Positions 9,080 to 17,986 of a DNA stretch of 64,000 bases are shown piece by piece. Source of the DNA: an uncultured Bacilli bacterium (GTDB lineage: Bacteria; Bacillota_I; Bacilli_A; RFN20; CAG-826); assembly GCA_944363565.1 (NCBI GenBank), contig CALVUI010000002.1:206408-270407 (forward strand), given 5' to 3'. The notes under the pieces were generated by a model that was not told the DNA's origin, did not search any database, and saw nothing but the letters and a program-made list of their open reading frames with translations. The position numbers and the translations under genes are program-made. Numbering within the stretch: the stretch's first letter is position 1; every line of letters starts with the position of its first letter.

Positions 9080-10408
9080 TCAGAGTATTTCCCAATACCC
9101 GCTTTTACGTGACCCGATGCGTTTCAGAATTTTGCCATCGCGTAGGGACTTAAGATGACGGTAAACGGTTATTTCGGCTTTGCCAGTTGCCTTGGCCAAA
9201 TCATCAATCCGGCTAAATTTGTTCTTGCGCAAGGCATCAAGTATCGCCTCGTCGACGTCGTCTTTCGCATTATCGATTCCATCATTCAAGAATCGCTTGT
9301 TCCTTATGAAGAGAAAAGTGAAGCCGAACTCATCGTTTCGGTACTCGTAGCCAATGCTATTGCGGTCGCAAAGAGTAAATGTTCTCTCGAAGCCGGTTCC
9401 GAAAGCATCGATATACCCGCATTTGTAAAGCACAGACGCAATGAGCACGTTCCGTATTTTGCTGCCTACCTCCGCGGTGGCGAATTTCATTGGGTCGATG
9501 TTTTTGTAAATCGATCCCGGGTTATAAATCCGTATCGATGACTTGAATATCGTTATTTGGTTGAAATCCCCTTTGACCCCGTACTTGCTATGCACAAAGC
9601 TGTTCACCACGATTTCGCGAATGGCTTCAATCGGTATTTCGGGCGTTTCGACCCTTTGAATTCCTTGAATTTCCGATTTGTAGCTTATGTGGTTCTGAAT
9701 ATAGGAAACCGCTTCGCGGATGCACTCAAAGATGTTTCCCTTGAACTGTTTGATTTCGCCGAATTCGGTGCGGCTGTCGGTTGGATACGAGGCTTCTTTG
9801 ACCATTACCGGCTTCCCTTTACCGAAAAGATAGTATCCAGCGGTTTTTATCCTCCCGTCCTTATCTACAAGGTCTAATTTTGTCATCGCTTCCTTGAGAC
9901 CTTTGTATACGTAATTGAGGCGTCCTTTTTCATTTGCCGTCCTTATGACGTCCAGAACGAGGTCCTCGTCGATATCCTCATAACCGCAATCGGCCGGCTT
10001 TTCCTCCCACCCCGAATACGTATCGTCCTTGGCTTCGAAGTATTTCTGAAGCTGATTATTCGTCATCGGGATGTCACCGTCGTCGAGCCGACAGAAATAG
10101 CGGCCATAAGCGGAATAGGGAGTGTCTTCTCCTTCCGCATAAACGCGGATTACTTTGCTTCCGTCAACTTCGACCACATTGATATCGAGCGTAGTTGGCA
10201 TCGGCTTCAGGCTTGTCCGTATTTCGTTCGAAAGATCAGGTAGCGTCTTAGGGCCAATGGTGAGCGGATGGGGCTTTTTGTCGGGACCAATGCCGAAAAA
10301 GACTTCTCCGCGATGGCTTTTGTTCAGCATAGCGCTTAGCGAAATGACACCTTCCCTTTCTTGGCTGAGAGACTTTTTATATTCAGTGACGACATCCTCG
10401 TTTTTCAT
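9080..10408 (-). CDS. Schlafen/AlbA_2-domain + HATPase_c_4 + C-terminal wHTH protein (COG2865-type putative DNA-binding regulator)
   Basis: 442 aa; N-terminal divergent AAA/AlbA_2 region, central ATPase-like region, C-terminal winged-helix (ITVYRHLKSLRDGKILKRIG); lower GC than flanks. Confidence 0.65.
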   Translation of the reverse strand: MKNEDVVTEYKKSLSQEREGVISLSAMLNKSHRGEVFFGIGPDKKPHPLTIGPKTLPDLSNEIRTSLKPMPTTLDINVVEVDGSKVIRVYAEGEDTPYSAYGRYFCRLDDGDIPMTNNQLQKYFEAKDDTYSGWEEKPADCGYEDIDEDLVLDVIRTANEKGRLNYVYKGLKEAMTKLDLVDKDGRIKTAGYYLFGKGKPVMVKEASYPTDSRTEFGEIKQFKGNIFECIREAVSYIQNHISYKSEIQGIQRVETPEIPIEAIREIVVNSFVHSKYGVKGDFNQITIFKSSIRIYNPGSIYKNIDPMKFATAEVGSKIRNVLIASVLYKCGYIDAFGTGFERTFTLCDRNSIGYEYRNDEFGFTFLFIRNKRFLNDGIDNAKDDVDEAILDALRKNKFSRIDDLAKATGKAEITVYRHLKSLRDGKILKRIGSRKSGYWEIL

Positions 10409-10635
10409 GTCTTTCGCTCCTTTGAACTAACTGCTGCTTTATCTTATCATTTATCTTATCATTGATGAAATAAAATGATGATATAAAAACCGGGCAGCAG
10501 TCTGCTTATCTTGGCGATTGGTAAACAATCACGGGCTTTGTTATTCGTCTTGATCATAAAACCCATCTACTTATCGACCCCGTAGGCAACCGGTCGAGGG
10601 GAACACTCAGGTCAAACTAATCTATTCTAGGCTCG

Positions 10636-11103
10636 CCATGAAGCCGTGCGGGCCCGTCTGGGAAGCGTTTCTGGCAGGCCAAGCAATTCGCCAAGGCATA
10701 AGAAAAAGGCCTCACCGAGGAGGCCCGTGGAGAACGGTTCTTGTTGTGATTTCCGGGGCAATCGAGCCCGGGAAACTACATTAACTGTCGCCATACGACG
10801 CCATCCGTCCCCGAAACTACGATCTTCTCCCTTCTGGTGCGATCATGCCGCGTTTCCATAAATCCGCGAACGGCTTTTCCAAAGGATCCCTTGCCCATGC
10901 CCAGGCAACCGGGCGACGGGAAAACGCAGGCGCCGTCTGGCTTATCCGGGCTAGCCACGAAGCGATCCGGGCTTGCCTGGGAAGCTTTGTCGGTTGATTA
11001 GTCTATTTATCTATAGGCATAGAAAAAGACCTCCCGGAGGAGGCCCTTGGAGAACGGTTCTTGTTGTGATTTCCGGGAAAATCGAGCCCGGGAAACTACA
11101 TTT
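10636..11103. repeat. composite island repeat, copy C (partial unit3-unit1-unit2-unit3-spacer-unit1), abutting the rpsR stop
   Basis: See copy B; the last unit 1 (11028-11100) is the native rpsR terminator region. Confidence 0.85.
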
Positions 11104-11110
11104 ACGCCGC

Positions 11111-11335
11111 TTATTGTCCGGCGTAGGGAAGAAGGCCCATGAAGCGGGCATTCTTGATGGCCCGGGCCAATTGGCGCTGATACTTGGCGCAAGTACCGGT
11201 CGCGCTCCTCGGGGCGATCTTGCCTTCCGGGGTGATGAAGCGCTGAAGCAACTCGACATCCTTGTAGTCGATGTGCTTGATGTGGTTCTTGGTAAAGTAG
11301 CAGACCTTCTTCCGGGGTCTCATTTTCTTGTACAT
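11111..11335 (-). CDS. rpsR: 30S ribosomal protein S18
   Basis: 74 aa, [17 protein letters not shown]...[27 protein letters not shown]. Confidence 0.95.
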   Translation of the reverse strand: MYKKMRPRKKVCYFTKNHIKHIDYKDVELLQRFITPEGKIAPRSATGTCAKYQRQLARAIKNARFMGLLPYAGQ

Positions 11336-11354
11336 TTCTGTCTCTCCTTACTGG

Positions 11355-11810
11355 TCAATCAAAAGGGAATGGGATGTCGTCCTCGAGGACGTCGAAGTCG
11401 TCGCTTTGGGCCGCGTTGTTATTGTTGGAAGCGGGGGCCACGTCGGGGGTAAAGCCGACGTTGGTCGCTCCGGCGGAAGCCGAGGCGTTCTTCGGGTCGA
11501 GGAATTCGACACTGTTGGCAACGATTTCGGTCGAAGTGACTTCGACGTTGTCTTTGTTGCGGACGTATTTGCGCTGGACCAGACGTCCATCGACGGCCAC
11601 CAAGGAGCCCTTGTGGGTGAACTTGGCGACGGTATCGGCCCGATTGCCGAAGACGGTAACCGGCATGAAGATGGTTGATTTCTCCCCGTTGGCGTTCTTG
11701 TAGCTATCGTCAACGGCCACCGTGAAGGAAACGATGGAGGTTCCGCTGGCCGAACGGGCCAACCGGGGATCGCGGGTGAGTCTACCGATCAGGACGACGT
11801 GGTTAAGCAT
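11355..11810 (-). CDS. ssb: single-stranded DNA-binding protein
   Basis: OB-fold N-terminus MLNHVVLIGRLTRDP, Gly/Asn-rich linker, acidic DDIPF C-terminal tip. Confidence 0.9.
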   Translation of the reverse strand: MLNHVVLIGRLTRDPRLARSASGTSIVSFTVAVDDSYKNANGEKSTIFMPVTVFGNRADTVAKFTHKGSLVAVDGRLVQRKYVRNKDNVEVTSTEIVANSVEFLDPKNASASAGATNVGFTPDVAPASNNNNAAQSDDFDVLEDDIPFPFD

Positions 11811-11830
11811 GAATGTTCCTCCTGGACTAA

Positions 11831-12115
11831 TTAGTCCTCATCGACTGTGATGAGATGGCGGAGAACATTCTGATCAAGCCCGGCGACGCGTTGGAACTCG
11901 GCGAGGGGTTTCTCGGCGTTCACCTTGAGGATGACGTAATAGCCCTTGGCCTGTTCCTTGATGGGATAGGCGAAGTCCCTTACGCCCCATTCCTTGGTGT
12001 CGGTCACCTTGCCCTTTTCGGACTCGATGATCTTTTGGAGCTTGGCGATTTCATCCTTGCGGGCCGCCTCTTCGAGGTCGGCGCGGAGGATGTACATGAT
12101 CTCGTACTTCTTCAT
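11831..12115 (-). CDS. rpsF: 30S ribosomal protein S6
   Basis: MKKYEIMYILRADLEE N-terminus; GGAGGTG RBS 7 nt upstream of the internal ATG, so start placed at 12115 rather than the TTG at 12130. Confidence 0.9.
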   Translation of the reverse strand: MKKYEIMYILRADLEEAARKDEIAKLQKIIESEKGKVTDTKEWGVRDFAYPIKEQAKGYYVILKVNAEKPLAEFQRVAGLDQNVLRHLITVDED

Positions 12116-12280
12116 TATCAGCACCTCCAATTCGGTTGCTAGACCAGGTCGATTGCCTGGCCATAGAAGTGTGGATGCCTTAATTCCTTCCTTTAAGGCC
12201 GAATAATGATATTATCCCGGGCCAAGAAAGGCAATGAAGAAATGCCATCGCGGGGCCAGTCGCCACCCCGCACCCCAAGA

Positions 12281-12307
12281 TAGGAAAGAAAAAGGGCCAC
12301 GGGCCCT
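12281..12307 (-). terminator. rho-independent terminator downstream of the small membrane-protein gene
   Basis: Minus strand AGGGCCCGTGGCCCT hairpin followed by TTTTTCTTTC. Confidence 0.6.
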
Positions 12308-12331
12308 AATTCGGAAAAGAACGAAAATCTT

Positions 12332-12670
12332 TTATCCGCCCGCCATCAGGAGGGGGGCGATGTAGATGAAGACCCCGAGGCAGACAATGATGACGAAGAC
12401 CACGCCCCAGACGCCCCTTTGGAAGGGGGTGACCGGTTTGAGGAAGACGACGAGGCCCGGGATCAGGGTCAGGAGGGCCAGGATCCCGATGGCGATGGAA
12501 CAGCCGAGGACGACGTCAGGATAAAGGGCGGCCGCCGTCTCCGGGAAGACCGGGTAGAGGTAGTAGCAGATGATCCCGGTCATGACGAGGAGGATGGAAG
12601 CCACGCTCCCGATCAAAAAGCAATAACGGAAAAACCTATCGCGTTTCTGCGGGTTTATTTGGAGCATCAA
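12332..12670 (-). CDS. small hypothetical integral membrane protein (3-4 TM helices)
   Basis: 112 aa, strongly hydrophobic; 4-nt overlap with the lysS stop. Confidence 0.5.
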   Translation of the reverse strand: MMLQINPQKRDRFFRYCFLIGSVASILLVMTGIICYYLYPVFPETAAALYPDVVLGCSIAIGILALLTLIPGLVVFLKPVTPFQRGVWGVVFVIIVCLGVFIYIAPLLMAGG

Positions 12671-14166
12671 AGCCCCTCCTTGCTCGGCTTGAGGGTCGGG
12701 AAGAGGAGGACTTCGCGAATCGAATCGACCTCGGCGAAGAACATGGCGAGGCGGTCGATGCCGACCCCGATCCCACCGGCCGGCGGCATGCCGTAACTGA
12801 GGGCGTCGAGGAAGCTGAGATCCATGTCGTTGGCCTCTTCGTCCCCGCGTTCGCGGGCCGCGAGTTGGGCAAGGAAGCGTTCCTTCTGGTCGAAGGGGTT
12901 GTTGAGCTCGCTATAGGCATTCCCGAATTCGGTCCCGCCGATGAAGAGTTCGAAACGGTCGACGAAACGCGGATCCTTGGTTTTCTTGGTGAGCGGCGAG
13001 AGTTCGATCGGATAGGTATGGACGAAGGTCGGCTGGATCAAGGTATCCTCGACGAAGGTATCGAAGAAGGCCTGCATGATGTAGCCGGTCGAGTTCCAGG
13101 ACTTCTCTAGGGTGACCTTCCTTTCCTTGGCTAGTTCCACCGCTTTTTCGAAGGGGATGTCCTCCGTGAAGTCGATGCCGGTCTGCTCCTTGATGAGCTC
13201 GGCCATCGAGGCGCGGCGGAAGGGCTTGGAGAGATCAATGTCATGGTCGTCCCAATGGATGACTTCTTTCTTGACGACGTCCTTGGCTAGCTTCCGGAAT
13301 AGGCCCTCGGCCCACTCCATCATGTCGCCCAAATCGCCATAGGCCTGGTAGAGTTCGATGGTCGTAAATTCGGGATTGTGCTTGGTATCGATGCCTTCGT
13401 TACGGAAGATGCGACCGATTTCATAGACCCGGTCGATGCCGCCGACCATGCACTTCTTGAGGTTGAGCTCGGTGGCGATCCTCAGGTAGAAGTCCTTGTC
13501 GAGGGCGTTATGGTGGGTGACGAAGGGACGGGCGCTTGCCCCGCCCAATATCGGCGAGAGGACGCTGGTCTCGACTTCGACGAAGCCGAGATTGTCGCAA
13601 TAGTCGCGGATGGCCTTGACCAGGGCCGGACGAAGAAGAGCGATCCTCCTCGACTCATCGTTGACCAGAAGATCGAGGTAGCGTTTCCGATACCTTTCCT
13701 CGCGGTCGGTAAGCCCATGCCACTTCTCGGGCAGGGGTTTCAGACACTTGGTGATGTGGGTGTATTTCTCGCACTTGATGGTCAGCTCGCCGGTCCTGGT
13801 CAGCATCAAGGTCCCTTCGATCCCGACGATGTCGCCGAGGTCGGCCAATTTGAAGACGGCATAGGCTTCTTCCCCGATGACGTTTTTCCCGATCCAGACC
13901 TGGATGGTCCCGTATTCGTCCTTGACGTTGACGAAGGCGGCCTTCCCCATCATCCGGATGGCGGAAAGGCGGCCGGCCACGTTGACTTTGATGGCCTCGG
14001 CTTCTAGTTGCTCGGCGCTTTTGCCGGCATGGCTGGCCCTGATGTCTTTGATCTGGTCCTTCCAGTCGTAACGCGACCCGAAGGGGTCGACGCCTAGTTC
14101 TTCGTACTTGGGAAGCTTGGCCAAGCGGGCCGCTTCCTGATCGCTGATCTTCTCGTTAGTTTCCAT
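12667..14166 (-). CDS. lysS: lysyl-tRNA synthetase, class II
   Basis: 499 aa; N-terminal OB anticodon-binding domain; class II motifs (FRNEG, GGIGVGIDRLAMF). Confidence 0.95.
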   Translation of the reverse strand: METNEKISDQEAARLAKLPKYEELGVDPFGSRYDWKDQIKDIRASHAGKSAEQLEAEAIKVNVAGRLSAIRMMGKAAFVNVKDEYGTIQVWIGKNVIGEEAYAVFKLADLGDIVGIEGTLMLTRTGELTIKCEKYTHITKCLKPLPEKWHGLTDREERYRKRYLDLLVNDESRRIALLRPALVKAIRDYCDNLGFVEVETSVLSPILGGASARPFVTHHNALDKDFYLRIATELNLKKCMVGGIDRVYEIGRIFRNEGIDTKHNPEFTTIELYQAYGDLGDMMEWAEGLFRKLAKDVVKKEVIHWDDHDIDLSKPFRRASMAELIKEQTGIDFTEDIPFEKAVELAKERKVTLEKSWNSTGYIMQAFFDTFVEDTLIQPTFVHTYPIELSPLTKKTKDPRFVDRFELFIGGTEFGNAYSELNNPFDQKERFLAQLAARERGDEEANDMDLSFLDALSYGMPPAGGIGVGIDRLAMFFAEVDSIREVLLFPTLKPSKEGL

Positions 14167-14205
14167 CTCGCCGCATTATAGCAAGAAAAGGCCGGCATTA
14201 TATGC
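14167..14205 (-). promoter_or_regulatory. lysS promoter with extended -10 (TGcTATAAT) 8 nt before the ATG (apparently leaderless), preceded by palindrome CCGGCAT-TAT-ATGCCGG
   Basis: Minus strand: CCGGCATATAATGCCGG ccttttcT TGCTATAAT gcggcgag ATG; no SD. Confidence 0.45.
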
Positions 14206-14257
14206 CGGAATACACCTCGATTTCAAAATCCCCGCAAAAGTTCGATATCTCAAAAAG

Positions 14258-14296
14258 AGACAAAAGAAAAAGGAAGCCCCTTTTGGACGCTTCCCT
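14258..14296 (-). terminator. rho-independent terminator of the marR-ABC exporter operon
   Basis: Minus strand GGAAGC-(11 nt loop)-GCTTCC followed by TTTTTCTTTTG. Confidence 0.65.
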
Positions 14297-14307
14297 TTTG
14301 TAACGAG

Positions 14308-16245
14308 TTACTTTTGGTACTTGGCGGCGTTCCCGGTGTAGAGCTGGTAGTACTTCCCTTGGAGGGCCAAGAGCTGCTCGTGGGTCCCGCGTTCGATGAT
14401 GCGACCCTGGTCGAGGACCATGATGGCGTCGCTGTTCTGGATGGTGGAAAGGCGGTGGGCGATGACGAAGACCGTCCGGCCCTTCATGATCCGATCCATC
14501 CCTTCCTGGACCAAGGCTTCGGTCCTCGAGTCGATGGAAGAAGTGGCTTCATCAAGGATCATGACCGGGGGATCGGCGACGGCGGCCCTAGCGATCGAGA
14601 GGAGCTGCCTCTGGCCTTGGGAGAGACCGATACCGGCGTTGGTCAGAACCGTGTCGTAGCCATTGGGCAAGAGCCGGATGAAGGAGTCGGCATTGGCGAG
14701 ACGCGCGGCGGCGTAGATTTCCTCGTCGGTGGCGTCCAATCTCCCGAACCTGATGTTCTCCTTCACGGTCCCGGTGAAGAGCTTGACGTCTTGCAAAACG
14801 ATGCCAAGCGACCTTCTTAGATCGGCCTTCTTGATCTTGTTGATGTTGATGTCGTCATAACGGATCTTCCCGTCTTCGATGTCGTAGAAGCGGTTGATGA
14901 GGTTGGTGATGGTCGTCTTCCCGGCCCCGGTCGGACCGACGAAGGCGATCTTCTGACCCGGCTTGGCGTAGAGGCTGATGTCGTGGAGGATGGTCTTCCC
15001 CGGGACATAGCTGAAGTCGACGTCGTAGAAGTCGATCTTCCCCTTCATCCACTTGTAGTCGGTATGGCCGTCGTGGTGGGGGTGCTTCCAAGCCCAGCGG
15101 CCGGTCCTTTCTGTCGTTTCGATGATCTCGCCGTTTTCGCCTTCCTTGGCGTTGACGAGCTGGACGTAGCCGTCGTCGACCTCGGGTTTGGCGTCGATGA
15201 TCTCGAAGACCCGGACCGAACCGGCGAGGGCCAGGGCGATGATGTTCATCTGCTGGCTGATCTGGCCGATCGGCTGGGTGAAGGACTTGCTATAAAGGAG
15301 GAAGGAGACGATGGTCCCGAAGGTAATGCCCGGGACCCCGTTGATGGCGAAGATGCCGCCTAACAAGGAAATGAGGGCGTACTGGACGTTGCCGAGTTGG
15401 TTGACGGCCGGCATCAGGATCGAGGAGAAGCTAGAGGCCCTCCGCGCCGCCTGATAAAGGGTGTTGTTGAGTTGGTCGAAGCCCTTCTTGGCCCTATCTT
15501 CGTAGTTGAAGACCTTGATGACCCTTTGGCCCGAGGTCATTTCCTCGATGTAGCCGTCGGTGGCCCCGAGGGCCCCCTGCTGGCGGATGAAGTACTTCGA
15601 AGCGGTTCTCGCAAAGTAGACGGTCAGGAAGAAGATGATGAGGGCGAAGACCACGACGATGATCGAAAGGATCCACGAGGTCGCGAGCATCACCACGAAG
15701 ACCGCGACCATGGTGACGAAGCTTTGGATGACCATCGGAAGGACCCGGCTCAGCATTTCGTTGAGGGCGTCGACGTCGTTGGTGTAGACCGACATGATGT
15801 CGCCGTGGGTCCTGGTGTCGAAGTAGGCGACCGGGAGGTCGAGCATGTGCTCGAAGAGCTGGTCACGGATCCGCTTCTGGATCCCCTGGCCGATGACGGC
15901 CATGGTCCGGTTGTAGAAATAGGTTCCGATGATCCCAAGGACGTAGATCCCGATCATGATCCCGATCGTCACGTAGAAGGTATCCCACTGGAAGACCCCA
16001 TCGATGTAGTTGGCGGTCTCGCTGAGCGGATTGATCATGTCGGTGACACGGCCTAGGAAGTAAGAGCCGATGACCCCGGCCGAAGCCGAGAAGAGAATGC
16101 AGACCAAGACCACCGCGAAGGGGATCTTGTAATATTTGAAGACGTAACCGAGGAGGCGCTTGATGGAAGCCAGCTTCTGTTTGTTGGAAATGCTTTCGAG
16201 TTTCTTGGCGTTTTCCATATGGACGTTCTCACTCATCGAAGTCAC
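14308..16245 (-). CDS. ABC exporter half-transporter (TMD-NBD), multidrug-type; non-canonical signature LSQGQ
   Basis: 6 TM helices then NBD with Walker A GPTGAGKTT, signature LSQGQRQ, Walker B ILDEATS, H-loop AHRLST. Confidence 0.85.
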   Translation of the reverse strand: MTSMSENVHMENAKKLESISNKQKLASIKRLLGYVFKYYKIPFAVVLVCILFSASAGVIGSYFLGRVTDMINPLSETANYIDGVFQWDTFYVTIGIMIGIYVLGIIGTYFYNRTMAVIGQGIQKRIRDQLFEHMLDLPVAYFDTRTHGDIMSVYTNDVDALNEMLSRVLPMVIQSFVTMVAVFVVMLATSWILSIIVVVFALIIFFLTVYFARTASKYFIRQQGALGATDGYIEEMTSGQRVIKVFNYEDRAKKGFDQLNNTLYQAARRASSFSSILMPAVNQLGNVQYALISLLGGIFAINGVPGITFGTIVSFLLYSKSFTQPIGQISQQMNIIALALAGSVRVFEIIDAKPEVDDGYVQLVNAKEGENGEIIETTERTGRWAWKHPHHDGHTDYKWMKGKIDFYDVDFSYVPGKTILHDISLYAKPGQKIAFVGPTGAGKTTITNLINRFYDIEDGKIRYDDININKIKKADLRRSLGIVLQDVKLFTGTVKENIRFGRLDATDEEIYAAARLANADSFIRLLPNGYDTVLTNAGIGLSQGQRQLLSIARAAVADPPVMILDEATSSIDSRTEALVQEGMDRIMKGRTVFVIAHRLSTIQNSDAIMVLDQGRIIERGTHEQLLALQGKYYQLYTGNAAKYQK

Positions 16246-17986
16246 CTCCTCCTAGTTGCGAATCATAGAGTTCCTTGTAGATCGAGCAGTTCTTCATCAG
16301 CTCGTCGTTGTTGCCCGAGGCGATGATCTTCCCCTCGTCCATGACGTAGATCTCGTCGCAGTCGCGGATCGAAAGGATGCGCTGGGCGATGATGATGCGG
16401 GTGAGGCCCGGCATCTTGTGTTGAAGCTCGTCCCTGATCAAAGCGTCGGTATGGGTATCGACGGCGTTGGTGGAGTCATCGAGGATCAGGATCTTCGGCT
16501 TCTTGAGCAAGGCCCTGGCGATACAAAGCCTCTGCTTTTGGCCGCCGGAGACGTTGGTCCCGCCTTCGACCAGCATGGTGTTGTACTTGTCGGGGAAGGA
16601 AGAGATGAAGCCATCGGCCTGGGCCAAACGGCAGGCCTCGACGATCTCGTCCTCGGTGGCGTTTTCGTTGCCCCACTTGAGGTTGTCGCGGATGGTCCCG
16701 GTAAAGAGGGTGTTCTTCTGGAGGACGACGGCCACCGATTCCCTGAGGGAATAGAGGTCGTAGTCCCGGACGTCATGGCCGGCGACCTTGACCTCGCCGC
16801 TGCTTACGTCGTAAAGACGCGCGATGAGGGAAATGAGGGTGGTCTTGCCCGAACCGATGCCCCCGATGATCCCGATCGACTGGCCGGACTTGATGTGGAG
16901 GTCGATGTCATGGAGGACCTTCTTGCCGCCGGAAGCCAAGTAGCCAAAGTCGACGTGGTCGAAGTCGATGGAGCCGTTTTCCACTTCTTTGAGGCCGTTT
17001 TGCGGGGAAACGAGGTTCGGCTCCTCATTGAGGAGCTCGGCGATGCGTTCCGCGGAGTTACGGGCGATGATGATCATGGTGTAGACCATCGAGATCAGCA
17101 TCAGGGAGAGGAAGATGAGCTGGACGTACATGAAGAAGGTGGTGAGGACGCCCGGGTCATAGACACCGGAGACGATGAGGTTCCCGCCGACGACGGCGAG
17201 GGCCACCATGGTGGCGTAGACCGCGAACTGCATCGAGGGGGCGTTGAAGGCCAAAATCTTTTCGGCTTTGGAGAAGCACTTGAAGATGAAGAGGCTGACC
17301 CCGGAGAACTTCTCCTTGGCCTTGTCCTGGAGGTTGAAGCTCTTGACGACCCGAATGCCGTCGAGGTTTTCCTGGACGTCTTCGTTCAGATCGTCATAGG
17401 TATCGAAGACCTTGACGAAGAGGGGGTGGACGACGGTGGCCAAAACGATGAGGACCACGAGGAGGATCGGAACCACGATCAAGAAGACCCAGGCGATCTC
17501 GGGGGCCGTGATGAAGGCCATGGTGATGGAGATGATCAAGAGGAAGGGCGAACGCATGACGGCCCTGATGATCTGCATGAAGGCGTTTTGGACGTTGGTG
17601 ACGTCGGTGGTCAGACGGGTGACGATCGAAGAAGTCGAGAACTTGTCGATGTTGTCGAAGCTGAAGGACTGGATCTTGTAATACTCGCCCTGACGGAGGT
17701 TGCGGCCAAAGCCGGTGGCCGCCCTAGCGGCCGTAAAGCCGGCGATGATGCCGGTCACGGCCCCCATGATGGCGAGGCCGAAGATGATGCCGGAATAGAG
17801 GTAGACCTCTTCCATCGCCGTTTCCGCCAAGCCGTTGGCGGCGTCGTTGACGGCCCCGGAGAGGAATTGGAGCGTGAAGGCGATCCCGACTTCGCAGACC
17901 GATTCGAGAAGAACCAGGACCCAAGTCAAAACCGTGACGCCCCAGACGCCCTTGAGGTAACGGGCCAAAGTCTTGACCGTATTCAT
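16229..17986 (-). CDS. ABC exporter half-transporter (TMD-NBD); Walker-B catalytic Glu replaced by Asp
   Basis: Walker A GGIGSGKTT, signature VSGGQKQR, Walker B ILILDDSTNAVD; overlaps partner gene by 17 nt. Confidence 0.85.
   Translation of the reverse strand: MNTVKTLARYLKGVWGVTVLTWVLVLLESVCEVGIAFTLQFLSGAVNDAANGLAETAMEEVYLYSGIIFGLAIMGAVTGIIAGFTAARAATGFGRNLRQGEYYKIQSFSFDNIDKFSTSSIVTRLTTDVTNVQNAFMQIIRAVMRSPFLLIISITMAFITAPEIAWVFLIVVPILLVVLIVLATVVHPLFVKVFDTYDDLNEDVQENLDGIRVVKSFNLQDKAKEKFSGVSLFIFKCFSKAEKILAFNAPSMQFAVYATMVALAVVGGNLIVSGVYDPGVLTTFFMYVQLIFLSLMLISMVYTMIIIARNSAERIAELLNEEPNLVSPQNGLKEVENGSIDFDHVDFGYLASGGKKVLHDIDLHIKSGQSIGIIGGIGSGKTTLISLIARLYDVSSGEVKVAGHDVRDYDLYSLRESVAVVLQKNTLFTGTIRDNLKWGNENATEDEIVEACRLAQADGFISSFPDKYNTMLVEGGTNVSGGQKQRLCIARALLKKPKILILDDSTNAVDTHTDALIRDELQHKMPGLTRIIIAQRILSIRDCDEIYVMDEGKIIASGNNDELMKNCSIYKELYDSQLGGGDFDE

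Noticed and set aside
9000-9080. tRNA-like T-loop (GGCAGTTCGATCCGCCC on the minus strand) downstream of the AlbA_2-HATPase gene
   Set aside because: T-stem pairs imperfectly and no acceptor, D or anticodon arms fit at tRNA spacing; more likely a weak terminator-like hairpin
5886-11103. Tested whether the repeat units are fragments of a structured RNA gene (tmRNA, RNase P RNA, SRP RNA, 16S 3' end) or a tRNA serving as integration target
   Set aside because: No tRNA cloverleaf with T-loop GTTCRA plus matching acceptor stem could be built. Only short, probably fortuitous similarities (TCCGGGCT vs RNase P P4; GGTGCG..CCTCCTT vs 16S 3' end) were found. No conserved tmRNA tag-reading frame or 3' tRNA-like end. 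A covariance-model scan would be needed to exclude this fully
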